A stretch of 62,000 nt of DNA from Acanthaster planci (lineage: Eukaryota). Numbering within the stretch: position 1 is the first letter of the stretch; the number at the start of each line of letters is the position of its first letter. This document shows, piece by piece, positions 38,220 to 49,300 of this stretch. The position numbers and the translations under genes were made by a program. The DNA lies in the NCBI RefSeq assembly GCF_001949145.1, contig NW_019091404.1:2976001-3038000 (forward strand), given 5' to 3'. The notes under the pieces were generated by a model that did not search any database, was not told the DNA's origin, and was given only the letters and a program-made list of their open reading frames with translations.

Positions 38220-39893
38220 GTCAAATAATTAGGACATTGCCTTATTATTACCAGGTGTTTTTCCAGACCCCCTCCCATTTCCCAAGAATCCCCCCCAGAG
38301 TACAAAACTGATAAGGAAAGAAATCAGGAAGAAAGGGTGGCTCAATCCTATGGGTGTGGTTTGTACCGTGCACAAGAAATCTTGGAATGTACAGGGTACA
38401 TGTATTTAATCTACATGTACAGTACATTGTACATGTGAAAAATATGTGTAGTTTGTGAAAAACTGAAAACAGTGTGTGTGGGAGGGTCATTCTGGAGACA
38501 CAAATGAGGAGTGACAATTGGGGGAAGAGGTCAATAATCAAATTAGGTTGTGTCCTGATGATGACCTGGTGTGCTGAGGTCAACTTGTAAATGGCAAATG
38601 CACATTATCAAGAGTGGACCTACTGCACCTGTACATGTTGGGGTAGGGGGGGTAGGGACTCATTATGGTAGACAGTGGTCAGTGTGTACATGTACATTTA
38701 GGTTGTGTTTCTTGTTTATACAGCGAGGAGTACAAAAAACTACAAATGAATGTGCTTGCTAATCAGAAAAAAAGATCAAGTTACAGAGCCTGTAGTGGAG
38801 AAACAAACAGAAATATTGTAACCAGCTGATGTGTCAGGGAAATGCCTCCACTCATGCTTTCATTTCTGCAGAAATTCCATGCTTGGGGTAAACTACGCAC
38901 GCTCTTTCCGGCTTTGTGAATTTTTGCTGTGTAGAGTTTTAGGCTGTCTGCCAAATCCAGTTCTGTAAACATGTTTACAGTGAGCCCCAGTGTTGTGCCA
39001 AACATTCCAACACGAGTTGAGCAGTCAGACAGGTTTTTCTTGTTGATAATTTCCTGATGTACATACGTGTACATGTGTAGTAAGCTCTACTGTGCCTGAA
39101 TTATTATCCCATTGACAGTGAACATGACACTGTATGACCAACCTGTTGTCAAGGACACTAGACAGCGAAATGCCCCCTTGGATTAGGCAACTGTACCTTC
39201 AGTTTATCAACTTCTCATGCAATGCATGCATTCTCTGAATGTTGTTTGTATCAAGTTTGTACAGTATAAACTAGCTCATCTGATCCTATGATGAACTGAT
39301 GCCTTGGAATGTCACTTATTTGTTATTGAATCTCAGTTTTGCTATTGTCATGGTCAAGTATTCATGTAAGTTGTGCTGAATAGAAAGGAACGGGAAAATA
39401 TGAGGTCCAGTTCTTGGTAAGTGCTGTGACCGAGATCTGTTAGCCCAAAGGAGAGGTGTTTTATATAACAATACATGCACATACCGATATGTATTTTTTG
39501 TAGCAAAATACATGTACACGTACATGTGCCAGTACATTGCAGATTTTAGGGTGACTGAATCCAGTATGATTTTGTTTAACTGCCAGAAATTTTGTTTTAG
39601 TCGAAACATGCATGTTGGCTTCCAGGTTTTTTCCCAGCGGGTTTCTTTTTGGTTCTTGTTTAGCTCAACCTCAAAGCATGTTTTTAGCATATGCAATATT
39701 TCATTGTTGTTTCATTCAATAATACTTTTACGTCTTCATTTGCATTACGTGTACTTCGACATTTAGCTATTTTAAGTCGAGGCCTTTTTGCCGCTGACAT
39801 TAACCCCAAAAGTCATCAATCCTTGAACTGTTGGAGGATTTGGGACCGCTTAGGGTTAGTTATTGTGGCATTACATGCACCGGTATATGCCTG

Positions 39894-40137
39894 GGGCCAA
39901 TTTCATAGATCTCCTTAAGCACAATATTTGCTTAAGGATGAAATACCTTGCTTGATAAATCAGGTTACTAGCCAAAACTCCACATGATGTATGTTGTTTT
40001 GGAATGGTATTCACCTGTTGCTAGGTTTGCATGACAATCACAGATTTTGAGCTGGTAATCTTTGTTTTTTAAGCAAGTATTTTTTGTGCTTAAGCATATT
40101 TTGTGCTTAAGTACTGTAGCTCTATGTAATTGGCCCC
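39894..40137. mobile_element. Harbinger-like MITE
   Basis: TIRs gggccaatttcatagatct / agctctatgtaattggcccc; flanking 3-bp ctg on both sides; internal (tg)cttaagca repeats. Confidence 0.65.
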
Positions 40138-40343
40138 CTGGTGATTTAATAACATTAGAGACCTGCCGTGGTTCAGGGGTAAGACTGCAAACAATCACAA
40201 TTGCTGGAAATAGTCCAAATCTAACAGATGAATTGTGGAAGTGCTCAAATTAGAATGATAATTTGTTGCACTTTGTAGGAAAAACGGCTGTTAAACCAAG
40301 TAATTTTTCCCTGTATTTTTGTTCCATTTCAGATTGAGTCACT

Positions 40344-43300
40344 ATGGGGATTGACAGCAACAACAGGGCAGGCAGCGGTGCAGCCTACTCCCGTTTTGCC
40401 GAGGAAATGGACATAGACTCTGTCAATCTCAGTATGCATGGCTCCTCTGTGAAATCCCCGGGTATTAGAGGCTTTTGCATGACCCACTGGAAGACGCTGA
40501 TTGTGCTGGTTATCGCACTGCTGTGTTTTGGCATCGGTATCATCATGGGACATTTCATAGCCGGTGCTTGTATAGTGAAAACCAGCACCAATGGAGTTTA
40601 TAAAAATCAGACTTCAAGTCCAAACAAAGGCGGTGATTCTTCGGCCAGTCCAGTCGCAGCTTGTCCAACCGGGCCTATCAATGCCAGTCCAGCCACCGCC
40701 AGGCCTACCAATGCCAGTCCAGCCACCGCCAAGTCTACCATGCAGCCAACGTCAGCCTACGTAGACATGATAAATGGACTTATTGAAAAGGGAAATCTTC
40801 GCTCCAATTTACAGTAAGGCATTGCAGTTGTTGGTATTATTCATGTTCCGCTCTTACATGTGCAGCTAAAGTGATCCAGTCACTCCACGTGGTACTTTCG
40901 TGTATTTTTCCCTTAGAAGTGCAACTCTCATGTCATATTTGTGTAGGTCAGATTTGTAAGTTTCTTGAATTGACTTTGGTTGGTTCAAGAACAACGAACG
41001 TACACGCATCATTGGTTCCTACAGAGAAATGTGTATTGGGCGATACACCGCGGATTTCTTGCTAGAAAATTCCCCTACAAAATCCTTCAAGGTCAACCAA
41101 TGTGCAAGAAAGTAGTGGCACCAACTGTGGACTTACCTCTTTAAGGGGTGTAGTCACCCATGCATGGGGATACACATAATGTCATCAATTTGCCAAAACG
41201 AGTGGTAGGTTTTGAAGGATTCAAGCACGATCACTGGGTTCATTAACCCCTAAACCCTGTCAGATGGAACAACAGGTGTAAAAGCCTGGTGCATTTTGTT
41301 GCACTGGGCAATCAATAATGTGGATGAAACTGTCGCCATTGATACAATAAGAAGTGATCCCATTGAACTATGCCCCCCTGGCTGGTAACTGTGTGTGTAC
41401 GTGTATCTATCAAGGCCGTTAGGTGGGGTGGAGGGATTACTCATGTGTTGAATTCAAATAAAACGACTAAAATTGCTTATTTGCTGCTGTTTCCAAGATA
41501 CGTGTTTTCACATTTTTCTTACTGTGCATACGTGTATGATGTACGGTACATGTACATAGGAGATTCTCAATCATGAATCATATTGCTATACTGAGTCCCA
41601 TATCTCACAAACTAGAGCCAGTCATCAATTTTAAGCATTGTATCCCTTCCCTGTGTCCCAGAATTAGTCCCAAAATGTTGACTCCATTTGATTCAGAGGT
41701 ATTTTGGCTTTAGACCAACAGAACTGGTCCATTGGACCTTGCTGCGTTCTGCCGATAAGTAACTTTGGCAGTTTATCACTGAGGCAAAATACCCCACAGG
41801 GTTACATGTTGCCTGATCAACTCACACTTCAATAAATCAATGGATCTATCACTGGATTGATATGAAAACGGATTCATGTGGTTCATTTGTGCAGAACCTA
41901 TACAAATGGAGGCCATCATGCAGGCTCACCAGGAAACCGAGACAAAGCCCATACCATCACCAACACTTGGACCAGCTACGGTTTTGATGTTGTCCAGAAA
42001 AATTACCAAGTATTATTGTCAAGACCTAACCCGTAAGTTGAGGAGTTGTTGATTTTTTTAGTTTTGAAAGCTCTCTGCCTTTCATTCCAGAGAGGCAGAT
42101 TTTTTTCTGTCTTAACCGTAATCCCCTAGGCCTTTTTACTAGGAACCATCCTCAATCCTCCAAAATCCCCCAAAGTTACTTGAAATGTTACTTGGAGGTG
42201 TGCCTACTGCCTCAATCCTTCCAAATCCTCCGGCAATTCCTTTCATTTTGTTGAGGCATTCTTGAGTAGTGCAGTTGATTTGAAGAAATATCGGGCCGAA
42301 TTCATACAAGACTGAGCAAGAACAACACAAGTTCTACCCCACGACCTTCAGTCACGGCATCCTTCGCAAGCAGCCATGCACTTTTGCCATTCACCCTCAA
42401 TCCTCCAAAGTCCTCCCAGACTCCAAGGATTGAGGAGGGTTACGTTAAAAACATAGGATGCACCTGTGCTGTTTGACTTTATGAAGTGGATAGTAACTGG
42501 AAAATATACAAAGTTTTAAACTTTTTATTCCATGAGATCAGGATGATTTTCTTATCAGTATGCAGATTTCTGTTATTTGACTGTGATTTGTTTTAAATCT
42601 TTAGAGCCAACCCCAATAGCCTGTCAGTTTATGACATGTCAACACAGAGCGACGTAAACACGTTCATACCAGACGACATCAGTGGGATGACGGTGGATAT
42701 GCTGCAGCCATTTGCAATCTATGGAGCCAATGCATCAATAACGGTAAGTGCAACAGTACATGTAGTTTTGCAGTTGCACACCCTGGTCTGCATAAGCGGG
42801 AAACCATTTCACTGTTGAAGGAGAATCATAGAAAAAGTTTTGCTTAACCCTTACCTTTCCTAACCACACAGAATTAAACAGTGAAGTGTTTAATTCTGTG
42901 GGTATAGGTCTGGTAGGCCCATAGCAGGTGGCTTTTGCATTGGGTCCAACAGCCTCTGTGCACAAAGTCTCTATGGGTGTTTAACTTGGTGTGAATGGGG
43001 AAGGTTAGGGCCAGCAACCCTTGGGGGGGGGTTAGGGTTAATTAATGTTCTTGATGCAGTTTTTAGGCACCCAAAGTGAACTTTGAATACAAAACTCTCG
43101 GCCCAAAATAGAGATTCCTATTGCTGGGATGGACATGAGATTTGTATTCTGAAATACTGTGATCACATTCAGGGCCGTACATTGACTCCTGCTTTCAGGC
43201 AGTGTTGTAGTTAAGACCACTTAAGACCACACAAGACCAGCATAAGGCCAACACAAGACCTCTAGTCTGAGTTCAAGCCACAAGCTATTCAAAGGAACTG

Positions 43301-46300
43301 CAACAAAAGCATCCCTTTGTCGCTGTTCACACTGTTACTTGTGTCTGGTNNNNNNNNNNNNNNNNNNNNNNNNNNNNNNNNNNNNNNNNNNNNNNNNNNN
43401 NNNNNNNNNNNNNNNNNNNNNNNNNNNNNNNNNNNNNNNNNNNNNNNNNNNNNNNNNNNNNNNNNNNNNNNNNNNNNNNNNNNNNNNNNNNNNNNNNNNN
43501 NNNNNNNNNNNNNNNNNNNNNNNNNNNNNNNNNNNNNNNNNNNNNNNNNNNNNNNNNNNNNNNNNNNNNNNNNNNNNNNNNNNNNNNNNNNNNNNNNNNN
43601 NNNNNNNNNNNNNNNNNNNNNNNNNNNNNNNNNNNNNNNNNNNNNNNNNNNNNNNNNNNNNNNNNNNNNNNNNNNNNNNNNNNNNNNNNNNNNNNNNNNN
43701 NNNNNNNNNNNNNNNNNNNNNNNNNNNNNNNNNNNNNNNNNNNNNNNNNNNNNNNNNNNNNNNNNNNNNNNNNNNNNNNNNNNNNNNNNNNNNNNNNNNN
43801 NNNNNNNNNNNNNNNNNNNNNNNNNNNNNNNNNNNNNNNNNNNNNNNNNNNNNNNNNNNNNNNNNNNNNNNNNNNNNNNNNNNNNNNNNNNNNNNNNNNN
43901 NNNNNNNNNNNNNNNNNNNNNNNNNNNNNNNNNNNNNNNNNNNNNNNNNNNNNNNNNNNNNNNNNNNNNNNNNNNNNNNNNNNNNNNNNNNNNNNNNNNN
44001 NNNNNNNNNNNNNNNTCGTTTCTTGCAGGCAAAACCAATCTATGTCAACTACGGAAGGACCGAGGATTTCAATTTGTTGCATAGGGAAACAGAGTTGAAT
44101 TACAGTGGTTGCATTTGCCTCGCCAGATTGGGGAAGATTCCCTTAGCTCAAATGGTAGGAAGCAGAGAAATGTTGTACATGAACACCAACCCAGTAGTAC
44201 AAAAGAAAACAAAAACAGCATAAAGTTGACAACTTAAAAAGCTTGATCCTGACAAAGTGTCTTTGACTGTGAAGACGTTTAAGAAAACGGAATAGTATGT
44301 GGACGTTGTAGACCATATAACTGGAAATGAGGCTACTCATGCACGTCTGTTCTCCTAAGAGACTGTAATAACCAGAAGTAGGTACATCTGAAAGGACACT
44401 CTTTCTGGGCACTCACAGGTTGGGGGGGAGGGGATAGACTTGCACCGGTGACTGAACTATTCCTGTCTGTGTGTTTAAGATCACATCTGGCTAGAAAGTA
44501 CATTATAAAAGAAACTGTGCAGGTCTTTATAACTGGACTGTGTACTTACAACCATTAATTTAACCCTAACCCTCCTCAATCCTTCACCTGTTGGAGGATT
44601 GAGGAGTATTAGGGTTAAGTTAACTCGCAAGCAAATCCATAGGCAATTCAACAAGTGAATGAGTGGTTTTTTTTTAGTTTTCTGAGGTTAATTTTTGAGC
44701 TGCTGTTCACTGTTCTTGTCATGTACTGTAACCAGTCACAAATTTGGGGTATACATACATCTAGTGTCTGATTGGGCTAAGGTTCAGCAACTCTGCTCCC
44801 TTTTCAGTTGGTCCTTAAGTTTTGCCAAGCGTATATCGTCTATGAATTTCACTGAACTCAAAATCTGATAGCAGCTATTACATTGTTATCGTTTGACTAG
44901 TTAGGCCTACCCTCTTTTTATTCTAACACCTGTTATTGTTTCAGTTACAGTCTCAAGCTTTAAGTTGGGACCTGTTTTAACCAATTTTTATCTAATTATA
45001 TTTTTTATGTTTCGGTGTTTGATTAAGTTCTTGCTATTATATGGAGATATTTTCAAGTACAATGTAGATTGATTTTGTAAGTGATTTCCGTTCCTGTTTT
45101 TGTAAGTTATTTTAGTCGTATTTCTTTGTAAAGTGCCTGTGATTATTGTTATGCAGACCACGCCATCCAAATTTTAATTTATTATTATTATCTTACAGGC
45201 TGAAATCAGCAAGGACCGAAATTGCACTGCCCTTGTTGCTTTTCCCGATCCCAAGACTTACGCCAATCCTAATGGCAGGACAACAGCAGATAGTTCCTTC
45301 CCAAGCACCTGGTGGCTTCCTCCGGATGCGGTGCCTCGTGAGTCAGCCAGGCTCAGTATGGGTGACCCGTCAACTCCATTCTTCCCTTCCAACAGTAAGT
45401 GGATAAGCGCCATCTCTCTAGATTTGGGAAGGGGGCAAGTTTGCTCTCTCGCACATGTTATTAAAACCAGCTGCTCGGTTTCTATCCATTCAAAGGAGAA
45501 ACAAGAGGCGATGTGTTTTTACAAGCAGTGGTGGGAAACCAAGGACAGACTAAATACGTTTATGCCCTTGTGCAATTTCCGCACAAACAATCGGACTCTA
45601 ATAAAGCTCTTTCTAAATTTTAAATAACTGCTATAATTCCACAAAATGAAATGGATGTACCTTTTTAGCCAAAAGCATTGAAAAGGAGTTTTGCTGGAAC
45701 TGGGATCATCAGATGCCAATTGCTATCTTGGTGTGTTTGGGGAGAACTGTAAAACGAGGAACGAATCTTTGGCTCGTTTTTCAGATGTAGCACCCCGGAA
45801 ACCTCTGTCCTTAGTAGAAGACTTTCCTGTTCTCACAATCAGCTATGAGACTGCAAAGGGACTTCTGAGGTGAGTGCAAAGATTGTGGCTTCAGGATTTT
45901 TTCACCTTGCACTTGAGAAAAAATTTAGGGCAGATTGCCTCCCCTTTCTCAGATCTTGCTCAGTAACTGATCACTTTTCTTTGGTGTGTTTGTGTAGTCA
46001 TTAAGACATTTGTAAAGTTTCAAATCCATTGTACGAAAGGTTTCATCGTTTGTCTTTTCCCTTGTGCATGGTCAGCTGGAAAAGAGTTTCACAGTTTTGC
46101 CATCTCCTTTGATGAATGTATTAGGCTTTCTAATAACTGAATGAAAGTATGTACAGTTCTTGTTGATTTTGTTTCAAAATATCTGCAATACACTGGCGAA
46201 AAGTCACAAAGGTTTGTTGCAGCTAGGACAAGAACTGTGTTAAGATCTAATAAGAAATACTGACGATCTCTTTGAAGGGACAAACTGTCATTAGGCAAGT

Positions 46301-49300
46301 TAGTTCAAGGACCACTAGTTAACTAGTGGATAGTTCATGACGTACCAAGTGTATGTGTAGTGAAGTTGAACTGTGAATGACCATTGTCAACCATTGTCAG
46401 GTCATTAGGTCAAAGGGGAGAAAAGGTGGCAGCAGGGAGGGCCAAATTGCAAAAATAAAAGTGAAAGTGGTCGTTTACTAGTGACGTACTGTTTTTCTGG
46501 CATATCTCTTTGCGCTGTGTTATTAAAAACTGTTTACGGCAACCAACGATGCGGCCAACCTTGACAGGCTGGTCACGGAAAGTTGACCAGACTAGTCCAA
46601 CCATCATCGACTAGTGTGCGTTCGATCAGAGTTTGTCGAACTATGGTTAACTATGGTCATTGATCTAGCTTGCCCTGTGTCTAGAACACAGCAGGCTTGG
46701 ATGAGGCTTCACTGTCTCTGCTTGGTATTACCCTAGGGACATGCATAGCCCCCCTGCCATTCGTGACTGGACCATTGTGGCCGACCAGACTTTCATAGGG
46801 CCAGGCTTCCAGGATGCAAGCCACCGTCTCAAACTCGACATCTTCAATACTCTGAGCTTGGTTGATATCACCAATGTTATTGCAACCATTCCGGGAACCA
46901 CTGAATCAGGTGAGAGCCATCAACCTAAACAGTTACACTCTTGGTTGGCAGAACCTGTAGCTGGTACTTGACAGAATATCAGAAGATTGGAATTAATACC
47001 TTCTGACGTCAAACAAAACCTAACACTCATACTTGGGGATGATAAGACATCTACTCATTAAATTCTATAGCCAGTTAATGTCGGATTTTATTACCAGAAA
47101 AAGATGCTTGGGGTTGGGTTTTTTACCCATCGTTGTGGGTGTGGGAACGACAGATTAGGACAATAAGGTGTGTCTTGAGAGGAGTGGTGTCTCTTTGTCC
47201 CCGGGAGGTTAGATGATTCATCCCTTTGCGCGCTGCTCTATGAAACAATGGCCATTGTGAAAAGCTGTCCTTTGTTGGTCAACGCCATCAACAAACTGTC
47301 CAGTCTGGAATCTCTGACTCCCTACCACCTCCTCACAATGAAGTCCAGCGTCCTGCTACCACCTCCAGGCAGTTCTTCCCACCAGATGTGTATCTCTGAT
47401 AGAGATAGAGACAAGTACATTATCTCACTGAACAGTTTTGGAGCAGGTGGCACAAGGAATATCCACAGAATCTTAACTGTAGGCAGTGCTGGACCATACC
47501 AAGAAGAAACATCATGGTGGAAGACATCCTCCTCTTATTTGAGCCCGACGTTGCTTGGAACCAGTGGGCATTGTTATCAAAACCTCCAATTACAAGGACA
47601 GCCTACTGAGGAAAGTTAAGGTTCAAGTTGGGACTCAAAAGTTGTGCCATTGTGCTGTGACTCGACTAAGCATTATTCATTAATGTTTCAACCACAAATA
47701 TGACAAAGAGAATTCTTAAACGAGTGTACACATCCTCCATGAAACAAACAAGGAGATTTATGTTTAACAAATTATTCGCCGTCAAGGGGCTAACAGGGCA
47801 CTCTCCCGCATAGTAGAAGAGCCTGTTTAACTAATGATGCACTCTTTAGGACAAAATCAAATCGTCGGATGCCTGGAAGGTCGTAATCGCTTACAACCTT
47901 TTGCCGTGAAGCATAATTGCTGCAAAAACAAGTTTTCCCGGCCAAAAGACGTATGTATGCTACTATTTTATTTTAATGAAACATAAAGATTTCTTTGCAA
48001 ATAGTTCCCAAAATATTTCCCAAGTAGTTTGATAAGTTGCTCAAGGGTTGTGTTTTGCACAGCTTGTGTTGATTTTGTAGTAAGTTTTTATCCGTTTTTA
48101 CTAAATAAAGAGAGTTTGTTTCTTACGCCCTTTTACTCGGAACATTTTTTTCTACTGTGATTATGCTTCCGGGCAGAAGGGTGTAAGTCTGCTTACTTGC
48201 TTTTGCCGGGCACACAACGAAATCTTTTATTGTCGATTCACGTGCCTGTCCTCGAGAATGCTGCTTTACCCATGATTGTGTCTGTCTGCCTGTGTTTTCT
48301 TCAGATCGTTATGTAATCATCGGCAATCATCGTGATTCATTCACGCAAGGCATGGTCAGCCCTGGTACGGGTACAGCTTGCTTGATGGAAGTGGCTCGAG
48401 TCTTGTCAGAATTAATAAAGAAAGGTAAGAAATGGGGGGGGGACATATTGCTGACTGTGCTGGTTCACCTTTCCTACCTCACAACTCCCATCCTCAAACA
48501 TAGATCATCCAAGTTTTGGATTCTCTTACAAGATAGCAAGTGTGCCCTGTGGTTTGTAACCTGGAGAAGGGATTTGCCTGCTTGCAGGTAATAGACGTTA
48601 ATGTGCGACTGTATCCTGTCTGGTTAAGAGAGACTATCATGTCATCCTTTATGACTTTTGGATCAACTTCAAGGTTCTACTTTTGGATCAACTTCAAGGT
48701 TCTGGGCATTAACGTCAAGAACCTTCCTGAAACCTACATGTAAAACATCTGCCACTGTGCAGGAAGACACCTGTTGATTTGAGATTGATTGGTTTGTTTT
48801 GGGTATAGGATGGAGGCCCAGACGGACTATCATCCTAGCTAGCTGGGATGCAGGGGAGGATGGATTGATTGGCTCAACAGAATGGGTGGAAGTAAGTTAT
48901 GCATATTGTCCTGATCTGTATGCTCATACATATGCAGGTTGATCTGTATGCTCATGCATATGCAGGTATGATCTGTATGCTCATACATATGCATGTATGA
49001 TCTGTATGCTCATACATATGCAGGTAATGATCTGTATGCTCATGCATATGCAGGTCATGATCTGTATGCTCATACATATGCATGTAGTTGGCTCATTTCA
49101 CCCAAAGGTTGACTATTTGACATGTACATGCACGTTAAGAAGGTTTATTGTTTTTATACTCTTTCTGTCTTCAAGTCAATTTGTTATTGGGGCTCATGCA
49201 TGAAAATTGTTCCTTCAATGCATTCTTGTAATCTCTTGAAAGAATTACAGACATCTGAAAGCAGCATTTGTCCAATTTATGCACCTAATTGTGTGATGTT

